Below, one piece after another: positions 9,868 to 17,926 of a stretch of 24,770 bases of DNA (positions are counted from its first letter, which is position 1; every line of letters starts with the position of its first letter). Source of the DNA: Candidatus Cloacimonas sp. 4484_140 (GTDB taxonomy: Bacteria > Cloacimonadota > Cloacimonadia > JGIOTU-2); contig MVCT01000003.1 in NCBI GenBank assembly GCA_002049945.1, forward strand, positions 1-24,770, written 5' to 3'. The position numbers were made by a program, and so were the translations under genes. The notes under the pieces were generated by a model. The model saw nothing but the letters and a program-made list of their open reading frames with translations, did no database searches and was not told the origin of the DNA.

Positions 9868-9940
9868 GCCACAAAGACACAAAGCCACAAAGTTCACTAA
9901 GTTTTTTTTCTCTTCTTTTCGTTTTTCGTGCCTTTGTGGC
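9868..9940. repeat. REP-like palindromic repeat with 8-nt periodic arms
   Basis: GCCACAAA-GACACAAA-GCCACAAAG (9868-9892) opposite TTCGTGCC-TTTGTGGC (9925-9940); GCCACAAAG/CTTTGTGGC is a perfect 9-bp inverted pair. Confidence 0.7.
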
Positions 9941-10144
9941 TAATTTCCATTCAGTTTTCTTTTTTTTGCCCCAAAATACAAGAATATTAGAAATAAGATA
10001 CCAACGATGAAACCACGAAATAACACGAATGAAAAAGTTGATTATTAATAATAACCATTTGAATCATATCTACAAAAGGTTTCACATAGATTGATGAAAT
10101 TATTCTGCCAAAATATAGTAGAATAATAGGATTAAGTGACTATT

Positions 10145-10171
10145 TTTTTTCTATGCCAAGCATAGAAAAAA
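10145..10171. terminator. Probable bidirectional intrinsic terminator
   Basis: Perfect 12-bp stem TTTTTTCTATGC-caa-GCATAGAAAAAA between convergent genes. The GC core is weak; the A/T runs could act as U-tails. Confidence 0.5.
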
Positions 10172-10218
10172 GATCACTCTTCGAATGGGATAATTTAAAA
10201 GAAATTTTTATTTTTTTT

Positions 10219-10258
10219 CTCTGCGTTCTTTAATCTTTGCGTCTCTGCGTCTTTGCGA
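10219..10258. repeat. 8-nt periodic repeat arm (CTYTGCGT)n
   Basis: CTCTGCGT (10219), CTTTGCGT (10235), CTCTGCGT (10243), CTTTGCGA (10251), all in 8-nt phase. No partner arm seen. Confidence 0.6.
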
Positions 10259-10303
10259 GAATCTTTATTTTCACGACAACTTGTTGCTAAGTTTTTTTTG
10301 TGA

Positions 10304-10741
10304 CTAAAAGTATTTGATTATATCTTCGGATTTCTGAATAGGAACTATTTTATCAATATTATAAGTTTGATAACCGAGGACAGTTTTACCGAAATCAAGG
10401 CAATATGCGATTTCAGAAAGCGTTCCATACTTCCCGTCGATTGCAACGGCAAGGTCACATGTTCTTGCAATAATTATATTCCGCGCAGTTGATATTCCTG
10501 TGACAATAGGTATGGAAATGTATGGATTAGCATCCGTTTTCTCAAAACCGGGAAGGATTCCAATAGTCATTCCTTCGTTTTCGTATGCACCTTTTGCAGC
10601 TGCTTCCATAACTCCGCCAAGCCCTCCACACACTAAAATACAATTATGCTCAGCAATGAGTTTTCCAACCTGATATGCAAAATCACAGAAATGCTTATCA
10701 GTCGAATTCCCACCTATTACTGCAACGATTTTTTGTTTCAT
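10304..10741 (-). CDS. TIGR00725-family protein (LOG/SLOG superfamily, Rossmann-like)
   Basis: VAVIGG...LVCGGLGGVMEAAAKGA...TIGILPG...ARN...G-x-YGTLSEIA; 145 aa. Confidence 0.88.
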   Translation of the reverse strand: MKQKIVAVIGGNSTDKHFCDFAYQVGKLIAEHNCILVCGGLGGVMEAAAKGAYENEGMTIGILPGFEKTDANPYISIPIVTGISTARNIIIARTCDLAVAIDGKYGTLSEIAYCLDFGKTVLGYQTYNIDKIVPIQKSEDIIKYF

Positions 10742-10742
10742 A

Positions 10743-11939
10743 TTAGATAAATATTACAGCAATGATATACACTATTGCAAGAGAAATTGATACTGGCCAG
10801 AATAATTTTTTATAAAAACCTTTGAGATTCGACCCGAAAAACTCAATTGATACTGACACACATGGATGTATAGGGGAGACAATATAACCCATATACGTGG
10901 AGAAGAACATAACAGCAAAGAGAAGATAGGACATGGAATCAGCTCCAAAGCGTGAGTAAAAAATTGGTAGAGCGATAGCAAAAGGCATTTGAACTCGTCC
11001 TGTTACAAAACCAAGGAATGCAGCGATCACAACAATAGTAAAGCTCTTAGAAATAGCTATTTCTGCAATTATCGCAGAAATATTCGACGCCTTAAAAATG
11101 TTTAGAAAAAGGAACATTCCGATGATGATAAGGAAGTATTTGAGCGGTTTCATTTTTTTGATAACTGCAATCAGATCGAAAGGCTTCATCTTTCCAAAAA
11201 GCATAGCCAGGACAAGACTGACTGAAACACCGATAATAAGAGGAATTTCTGTAAGAATATTAGGAAAAAGAGTCATCAAAAGAAGATGGGTAAGCGGAGC
11301 TGCTATAATAATCAAGATTGGTGTAAAGAGAGCTTTGTAATCAAGATGTTTTTGTGAGGGAAGATTGCCTGCTATACCTTTCAACAAAAATATCCAACCG
11401 AGAAGTATCATAAGAATAAAGCCGGGTATCAAATACATCAAAGTTCTGTATAAATATAAGCCAGCCATTTTACTGGTGACAAGTAATGCACCGAGCGGGT
11501 AGATCAGTATCAAAGCATGGCGGAACCAGACATTGATCGCAACATATTGCTTGTCGGAAATATCGCCACCAGCTCTTAGAACGAGAGGAGCAGAAAGAAG
11601 TGCACCGCCGGGCATGGGCAGCATTCCCAGAAATGCAGGTCCAAAAATCAGAAACAGCTTACGCTTCAAACGCAGATTTTTGAACAATCCCACCATTAAT
11701 CCCGATTCTTCCAACACGCCACCGATTAGAGGTATTATACCGACAGCAATTCCAAGTAAAAGTATTGCAGGATCGAGGATAGTGCCTTTGATCTGCTGGA
11801 AGATAAAAACAGGTTTGAGATTGATAAAACCTAATATCAGTGCGCCGATTATGAAGCCGAGCCAAAGGTTCTTTCTCGCGATAAGTATCATCATAGCAAG
11901 CGAAAAGAAGAAACCAAGCCAGATAAACATAGTTGGCAT
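10743..11939 (-). CDS. DUF401-family multi-pass membrane protein (putative ion-transporter superfamily)
   Basis: About 10-12 hydrophobic segments; PAFLGMLPMPGGALLSAP, NVWFRH and GYIVSPIHPC motifs; 398 aa. Confidence 0.8.
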   Translation of the reverse strand: MPTMFIWLGFFFSLAMMILIARKNLWLGFIIGALILGFINLKPVFIFQQIKGTILDPAILLLGIAVGIIPLIGGVLEESGLMVGLFKNLRLKRKLFLIFGPAFLGMLPMPGGALLSAPLVLRAGGDISDKQYVAINVWFRHALILIYPLGALLVTSKMAGLYLYRTLMYLIPGFILMILLGWIFLLKGIAGNLPSQKHLDYKALFTPILIIIAAPLTHLLLMTLFPNILTEIPLIIGVSVSLVLAMLFGKMKPFDLIAVIKKMKPLKYFLIIIGMFLFLNIFKASNISAIIAEIAISKSFTIVVIAAFLGFVTGRVQMPFAIALPIFYSRFGADSMSYLLFAVMFFSTYMGYIVSPIHPCVSVSIEFFGSNLKGFYKKLFWPVSISLAIVYIIAVIFI

Positions 11940-11943
11940 ATAC

Positions 11944-12882
11944 TTATACTTTTGCCTTGAAGAACAAACCTCGCTGTTTTTTTACTGCCTCAATCATATC
12001 CTTTTCATGCAGGGCATCAAGATACTTGTTCAGTTCGGCAAGATGAATATCCAGAATTTCGGAAAGATCATCCGCAGTGCAGGGTCGCCGAGAGATGGTC
12101 GCAAGAATTGAGTCTTCGATTTTAAAATTATAGGATTTAACTTTCTCTCTTTTTTGGTAGTTACTAATTGTGACAACGGGCAGACCCTTAAATCTTTTCT
12201 TAATCTTCACGAGAGTTACTTCATCAGCAGGAACGACCCAATTTTCTGTGCCGGGTCTGTCAAGAGAGTTCAATTGGATCAGATCAGGATTGATTTTCTC
12301 TAGAACAATATGAAATTTATTAATTTCTTCATCTGTGTCATTAATGCCGGGTATGATAAATATTTCGAGCCAAATTTTCCCAGAAAACTCCTCGCGAAAG
12401 CTAATAAGTCCTTGAATGATATCAACTGCTTTGATGCCCTTAACAGGTCTGTTTATTTTCTGAAAAATATTATAGGAAACAGCATCAAGAGAGGGCATTA
12501 TCACATCTGCAAGTAATAATTCTTTGCGAACTTCAGGATTGAAAAAGAGAGAACTGTTTGTGAGCACTGCGATCTTATATTGCGAAAATTTCTTCTTAAG
12601 AAATGAGATTATTCGTCCTATACCGATATTCAGCGTTGGCTCACCCGAACCCGAGAATGTAATATAATCAAGTGTGGGATTGGTCGAGAGAAAGGAATCA
12701 AGTTCCGAAATGATTTCATCAACTGGGACATATTCTTTTCTTGTGCTTGTAAGGTTTGTTGTTGCACCACATTCGCAGTACACACAATCAAAAGAGCAGG
12801 TTTTATAGGGAATGGGATCGATGCCAAGCGATAAACCGAGCCGACGCGATGGAACTGGTCCAAAAAGATGTTTATATTTCAT
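11944..12882 (-). CDS. Radical SAM protein (COG0731/TYW1-like group) with C-terminal wHTH-like tail
   Basis: LFGPVPSRRLGLSLGID, CSFDCVYC (CxxxCxxC), TFSGSGEPTL, LTNSSL, SLDA, C-terminal RRPCT; 312 aa. Confidence 0.88.
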   Translation of the reverse strand: MKYKHLFGPVPSRRLGLSLGIDPIPYKTCSFDCVYCECGATTNLTSTRKEYVPVDEIISELDSFLSTNPTLDYITFSGSGEPTLNIGIGRIISFLKKKFSQYKIAVLTNSSLFFNPEVRKELLLADVIMPSLDAVSYNIFQKINRPVKGIKAVDIIQGLISFREEFSGKIWLEIFIIPGINDTDEEINKFHIVLEKINPDLIQLNSLDRPGTENWVVPADEVTLVKIKKRFKGLPVVTISNYQKREKVKSYNFKIEDSILATISRRPCTADDLSEILDIHLAELNKYLDALHEKDMIEAVKKQRGLFFKAKV

Positions 12883-12944
12883 GTTAAAACAAAAAAAGTA
12901 ATCATATTTCAGCCATAGAAATTTTATTATTCATAGTAAAAAAT

Positions 12945-13212
12945 GGGTGTGCACCGCACATTGAAATTCTATTCTGAAAGACATTATGTAGTTAGCTCAA
13001 GCCAAGATTACTAACGGCACATCAGACGAACTGCTTATTGCTGCTACCTTCCGGTCCTGACAAGATTCGCAGAGCCCGATTGCGTTAGACTTGACTCTCA
13101 ACACCACTTGCATAACAAACAGACAGACATCAAATCTCGCAGATTGGAATTCAGCCCTGCTATAGCGGATTGCAGGTTACAGGACACCGCTGGCTTCCCG
13201 CCTAGCACACCC
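12945..13212 (-). ncRNA. ffs: Large bacterial SRP RNA (Bacillus scRNA-type, with Alu domain), about 268 nt
   Basis: Minus strand begins GGGTGTGCTAGGCGGGAAGCCAGCGGTGTCCTGTAACCTGCAATCCGCTATAGCAGGGCTGAATTCC (close to the B. subtilis scRNA Alu domain as I recall it). Contains helix 8 GTCAGGACCGGAAGGTAGCAGC (13061-13040, GGAA tetraloop). Ends GCACACCC, which pairs perfectly with the 5' GGGTGTGC, followed by a T-run. Confidence 0.95.
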
Positions 13213-13222
13213 TATTCTAAAT

Positions 13223-14857
13223 TTATTTCTTTTTATCTACTATAATTTCCTGTGAACGTGCCTGAGTTTTTTTTCGGATTGAAAGCTGCTCCATCACAGA
13301 AAGTATATTATATGTAAACCAGTAAAGCACGAGCCCCGCAGGTAAGGATTTGAATATGAACACAAAGAAAATAGGCATACCGTACATCATAAGTTTCTGT
13401 GTTTTGAGTTGCGCAAGCTGCTTTTCATCCATATCCGGAGTTTGTTTCTGGGACATCAACTTTTGCTGAAAGAACATAGTTATACCCATGAGGATTGGCA
13501 AAATGTAATAGGGATCCGGAATGGAAAGATCCTTCAGCCAGAAGATAAAGCCCGCATGACGAAGCTCGATAGTGGATTGAAGTACCGGGTAGAGTGCAAA
13601 AAGAAATGGGAACTGAATGAGCAGAGGTAAGCATCCACCTAAGGGACTTACCCCATGCTCTTTATAAAGCTTCATGGTTTCCTTTTGAAGCTTCTGGGGA
13701 TTCCCTTTATACTTTGCTTGAAGTTCTTTTAAATGCGGTTGAACCTGTTGCATCTTTTGGGCGGAGGTAAAACTCTTGTGTGTCAACGGATAAAACACAA
13801 ACTTAATGATAGTCGAAAGAAGGATGATCGCAATACCGTAATTTGGAATGAGAGAGTAAATGAATTTCAATAATTTAAGGATCAATTTGCTTATGGGACG
13901 AAGCGGCTTCCAGCCAAAATTCATTGCATTTTCCAGCCCAATATTAAAAGCGTGCAAGCGGTCATAATCAACTGGACCGCAGTAAAATTGGAATGAATGA
14001 TCAATTGAATTTCTTCCCACTTCGATTCTTGCATTTTCCATAATTGCATTATTATCCGCAGAAACATATATCTCTCTAAGTTTTACGGTTCGCTCCGGAA
14101 TTGTTGCAACCATGAAATATTTTGATTTTAGAGCAGTCCAGGTAATGTTACCGTACTGAGAAGCGCCGGATGCTGCCTTTTTCAGGTTGATCTTGTCTAT
14201 CTTATTATCTATAAAGGATACAACATCAATATAAGTATTGAAACGCTTATCACCTTTTTGATCATAGTAGATACCCGCATCAAGCTGAATATCATAAGCA
14301 TCAATAGTGCCCATATCTTTTGCTATTATGTTAATATTCAGGGTGTGGTTATCATCGAGGGAATAGCGCTTTTTAAAAATTATTTTACCATCTTTTTTTA
14401 AAAAGAAGGTAGTAGTGAAGTCATCATAAGTATATTCAAGATTCCGTTTTCTGAAATTAATAGTATCACTGCTCGTATAAAACACAGTGTTGAACATGCC
14501 TTTTTCTTTGATAAAGAGATTCACCGCATCTTCACGAGTTTCATTTTTGATATTTTTCAACACGACCTGTTTAATGTTGCCACCGCGATTTGTAAGAATT
14601 ACTTTTATATCCTCATTCTCAAGGATTATTGCTTCATTTAACGGTATGTCGGATTGCTCTCCAAATGAAGTGGCATCAACCTCGATCTCTTCTTCATCTT
14701 GAGATACATAAGGTTTTGGTGGCTTTACAACTTGCTCAGAACTTTCTGTAGTGGATTGCTGTGGTTGTGGTTGGGCAGGTTGTTTCCACATAAATTTGCT
14801 GCTCAAATAAAATACGACAAATATTAATACGAGGGCAATAATTGTTTTTTTATCCAT
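13223..14857 (-). CDS. yidC: Membrane protein insertase YidC (diderm type with periplasmic domain)
   Basis: MDKKTIIALVL N-terminal anchor; NYGIAIILL...K-x-x-FYPLT, GGCLPLLIQFP, DLS-x-PDPYYILP, LPAGLVLYW motifs. Confidence 0.98.
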   Translation of the reverse strand: MDKKTIIALVLIFVVFYLSSKFMWKQPAQPQPQQSTTESSEQVVKPPKPYVSQDEEEIEVDATSFGEQSDIPLNEAIILENEDIKVILTNRGGNIKQVVLKNIKNETREDAVNLFIKEKGMFNTVFYTSSDTINFRKRNLEYTYDDFTTTFFLKKDGKIIFKKRYSLDDNHTLNINIIAKDMGTIDAYDIQLDAGIYYDQKGDKRFNTYIDVVSFIDNKIDKINLKKAASGASQYGNITWTALKSKYFMVATIPERTVKLREIYVSADNNAIMENARIEVGRNSIDHSFQFYCGPVDYDRLHAFNIGLENAMNFGWKPLRPISKLILKLLKFIYSLIPNYGIAIILLSTIIKFVFYPLTHKSFTSAQKMQQVQPHLKELQAKYKGNPQKLQKETMKLYKEHGVSPLGGCLPLLIQFPFLFALYPVLQSTIELRHAGFIFWLKDLSIPDPYYILPILMGITMFFQQKLMSQKQTPDMDEKQLAQLKTQKLMMYGMPIFFVFIFKSLPAGLVLYWFTYNILSVMEQLSIRKKTQARSQEIIVDKKK

Positions 14858-14873
14858 AAATTTTATTTATCCT

Positions 14874-15095
14874 TTAAAGTAGTGGGTCATATCCTCCTCG
14901 CGACCAGGGATTGCACCTCAATAAGCGCCAGGAAGATAAATACATAGCTTTTAAAAAACCATATTTCTGAAATGCATTCTTGGCATAAGCGGAACAGGAT
15001 GGATAAAAGCGGCATGTGTCAGGGAAAATTGGCGAGATAATTTTCTGATAAACTGTTATTAAAAGTATGAAAAAACTATTTATAATCTTATTCAC
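14874..15095 (-). CDS. yidD: Membrane protein insertion efficiency factor YidD
   Basis: YQKIISP...CRFYPSCSAY...RLLRCNPWSRGGYDP. Start reassigned to GTG at 15095, overlapping the rnpA stop (73 aa); exact start uncertain. Confidence 0.93.
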   Translation of the reverse strand: MNKIINSFFILLITVYQKIISPIFPDTCRFYPSCSAYAKNAFQKYGFLKAMYLSSWRLLRCNPWSRGGYDPLL

Positions 15096-15408
15096 GTTCT
15101 TCAAGAATTTTTTCAAGTTCGTTATATATATTGTCATGACCGAACTCATAAATACCATGTTTAGTTATTACGAGATAGTCATAATTTATGCGAAATAAAT
15201 CACTATGAGTATGGGCAAAGTTCTTAATCCAGCGTTTAATCTTATTTCTTTTCACGGCATTTGCAATTTTTTTTGAAACAATAACGGCAAGTCCGAAATC
15301 ATTGCCCTTATTGATAGCACATGAAACGATGTCAAAATATGGAGTACGTTTACGTTTACCATGTTTCCTTAATGCATCAAATTCTGCTTGAGAAGTAATT
15401 CTCTTCAC
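15088..15408 (-). CDS. rnpA: Ribonuclease P protein component
   Basis: VSKKIANAVKRNKIKR (RNR motif); lies between rpmH and yidD; GTG start. Confidence 0.93.
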   Translation of the reverse strand: MKRITSQAEFDALRKHGKRKRTPYFDIVSCAINKGNDFGLAVIVSKKIANAVKRNKIKRWIKNFAHTHSDLFRINYDYLVITKHGIYEFGHDNIYNELEKILEERE

Positions 15409-15414
15409 GTGTCA

Positions 15415-15549
15415 TTAAATTGACAGTCTTTTGCGACGTTTAGCACGACGACGTTTGAATATCGCCCTGCCATCTTTGGTCTTCATTCTTTTACGAAAAC
15501 CATGAGAACTTTTTTTTGGTTTATTATGTGGCTGAAACGTTCTTTTCAC
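15415..15549 (-). CDS. rpmH: 50S ribosomal protein L34
   Basis: Not in ORF track. GTG start at 15549 with GGAGG RBS; [44 protein letters not shown] (44 aa). Confidence 0.96.
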   Translation of the reverse strand: MKRTFQPHNKPKKSSHGFRKRMKTKDGRAIFKRRRAKRRKRLSI

Positions 15550-15580
15550 AGCTAAACCTCCAGATATACTTTAGAATGTG

Positions 15581-15609
15581 CAATTCTGAGAGCCCTGATT
15601 TGGTGTCAA
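15581..15609 (-). promoter_or_regulatory. Putative promoter of the rpmH operon
   Basis: TTGACA at 15609-15604; the -10 region is weak (CAGAATTG). Confidence 0.4.
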
Positions 15610-15656
15610 GTTTTTGACGTTTTAGAATTACAAGTATTTAGTAATGTAAAAAATAT

Positions 15657-16442
15657 TTATAAATCGTAAAATTCTTTTCTCCTATCATTGAATAGGTGAT
15701 TCTTTTCAGTGATCATTTTATATCTAGCTATTTCAGGATCAATGTCAACCTTCATGAGTACTTCTTCGGTTCCATTTGCCTGAATCAAAATATTTCCTTG
15801 CGGATCTGTTATCTGGCTCATTCCCGTAAAAGTAAGTGCCTGATCTCCATTTTTTTCTGATCCGATCCGATTACTGGTAATAGCGTACACATGATTTTCT
15901 ATTGACCGGGTGATCATAGCTTTTTGGCAGAAAGGCATTACAAGATTAGCAGAATGACACAATATGTCTGCACCCATAACTGACAGTGTGCGGGCAGATT
16001 CCGGGAATATCCAGTCAAAACATACCATAAGCCCGAGAAATGCATTCTTATATTTTGCAACTTTAAAACCGGTATTTCCCGGTGCGAAAAAATCCTTCTC
16101 ATTCAAAAATAAATGGGTTTTACGATAAATTGTTTGATTTCCAAAAGGATCTACAAAAATTTGAGAATTAAAGAATAGTTCCTCATCTTTTTCAAGAAAT
16201 CCAGCAACAAGAGCTGTTTGTTCGCGTACAGAAATATCATTGAAGAAATCAGGAATTCTGCCGTTACCAGTTGAAGAAAGTTGGTCCATCTCTTCTTTGG
16301 ATTCGAATGAATAACCACTCGTGCAAAGCTCTGGAAGAACGACAAGATCGGTGTTGCAATTCTGCAACAGCAAGGATATTTTATCGAGGTTCTGTTTCTC
16401 GTGAAACAGTTCGGGATAGAATTGAAGAAATCCTACTCGCAT
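15657..16442 (-). CDS. Carbon-nitrogen hydrolase (nitrilase superfamily amidase)
   Basis: Catalytic triad motifs LPELCTSGY (Glu), YRKTHLF (Lys), MVCFDW (Cys). Start reassigned to ATG 16442, 4 nt after the pmbA stop. Confidence 0.93.
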   Translation of the reverse strand: MRVGFLQFYPELFHEKQNLDKISLLLQNCNTDLVVLPELCTSGYSFESKEEMDQLSSTGNGRIPDFFNDISVREQTALVAGFLEKDEELFFNSQIFVDPFGNQTIYRKTHLFLNEKDFFAPGNTGFKVAKYKNAFLGLMVCFDWIFPESARTLSVMGADILCHSANLVMPFCQKAMITRSIENHVYAITSNRIGSEKNGDQALTFTGMSQITDPQGNILIQANGTEEVLMKVDIDPEIARYKMITEKNHLFNDRRKEFYDL

Positions 16443-16446
16443 GATA

Positions 16447-17750
16447 TTATCCGCTGATCGAAAGATCTTCAACCAGAATTGAAGGAGATCCGATTGCAGA
16501 GAGCTTAAATTTTAGATCATCAGCAATCCCCACGATCTGCTCCATAAGTTGGAGGAAATTTCCGGAAACAGTAAAGTTGTGAATTGGATATTTTCTTTGC
16601 CCATCTTCACAGTAAAAACCCTGAGCACCCATTGAAAAATCTCCCGAGATCGTATTGCATCCGCTGTGCATGCCTGACAATTGGACGATTTCAAGGCATT
16701 TTGGAAATTTAGAATACAGGTCTTTTTTGGAAGATAAACCTGGCTTAATGTACAAATTAGAAGGGGAAATATTTATTGTACTTTTGTATGATCGGCTTGC
16801 ATTTCCAGTCGAAACAGTACCGTCCTTAAGTGCTGTAATTGTGTTATGAAGGAACGATTGCAGTACACCATCAGCAATAAGTTCTGTCTTCTGAGAAGGA
16901 AAGCCCTCATCATCGAAAGGACGAGTATTATAGCCCTTGTTAAGAAGCGCATCATCAATGATATTTACGATAGAATTAGCAATATTCTTTCCGAGCTTCC
17001 CCTTAAGAAGTGATTGACCTTCCTGAACGGTTTTTGCTGAAAATATTCTCCAGAAAGTGCTCAATAAAGTAGCTGCCATTTCGTTGTTAAAAAGGATTGG
17101 ATAGTTACCTGACTGAATTTCATGCGCACTAAGTAATTCCAGTGCTTTTTGGGATGCTCCATTGCTTATATTCTGAGGTTTGATATCATTGAAATCGCGA
17201 GATAGAGCTTCGAAGTACCCCGACTTTGTTTCCTTTCCTTCTTTTGCAAGGAATATTCTTTGTTCAAACCGCTGGAATTAGCAATTTTTATAAAGGATTC
17301 ATTGTCACCAATAAGTGCATGGGGTACATTGACTATCCTTTTGTCATAGTCGAGAGCAATTTGTTCAAGCTCCTTTGCCTTCTCGATCTTATCCTCAACT
17401 GGAATTCTCAAAAGATCTTCATTGTAAATGTCTAGATTTTTGTCGATCGAAGGATAGTTTTCGAGTACAACTTTTTCTTTGAAATCAACGCTTTTTGCAT
17501 TTTTTCTTGCATTGAGAAGTGCTGATTCTAATGATTCTAGATCTAGTTTTTCTGTATATGAATAGCCGGTAATATCATCAAGAATAACTCTAATTCCAAG
17601 TCCGATCGAATCTGAATAATTAAAGCTGTCAATATCCCGCCTGAAGATTTTTACAGAAAATGCTTTTGATTTCGAGAGATACACATCATAATGCTGTATA
17701 CCATGCCCTTTGGCAAGTTCTTGTATGTGCTGAAATTCTTTTTCAAACAT
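16447..17750 (-). pseudogene. pmbA: PmbA/TldE metallopeptidase partner, frameshifted with an apparent short internal deletion
   Basis: The 5' frame (ATG 17750, AGGAGA RBS) reads PmbA-like to ANSSGLNKEY. The downstream frame reads LAKEGKETKSGYFEAL...FDDEG...STGNA...SGDFS...NFTVSGNF to the stop at 16447. Junction near 17253/17252; the connecting strand appears to be missing. Confidence 0.85.
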
Positions 17751-17774
17751 TATTTCTCCTACATTCAATATTTT

Positions 17775-17926
17775 TACCACAAAAAGCAATAAAGGCACGA
17801 AAACGGGTTTTAAGAGAACATATTCTTTTAAATTTTATTTTATCAATTTCGTGCCTGCCTCGGCGTAACGTAGTGGAGACTGGTGTTTCGCCTGCAACGT
17901 CGTAACGAAGTGAAGATGTGTGGTTA
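17775..17926. repeat. Nested palindromic repeat between tldD and pmbA
   Basis: AGGCACGAAA (17793-17802) / TTTCGTGCCT (17847-17856) perfect 10-bp inverted pair. Outer ACCACA / TGTGGT arms. The right arm is interrupted by two degenerate copies of CG(G/T)CGTAACG(T/A)AGTG(G/A)AGA. Confidence 0.7.

Noticed and set aside
10007-10095. Tiny ORFs in the repeat-rich spacer (MKPRNNTNEKVDY; MKKLIINNNHLNHIYKRFHID)
   Set aside because: Too short, no RBS or family motif; they cannot be called a gene remnant.
13214-13248. Dedicated promoter for the SRP RNA
   Set aside because: TAGAAT is only 1 nt from the predicted 5' end, and TAAATT has no matching -35. Not supportable, though not excluded.
17166-17200. 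ISMISN in the pmbA out-of-frame tail resembles ISMISN near the TldD C-terminus
   Set aside because: The underlying codons differ, so it is a coincidence and not a duplicated segment.
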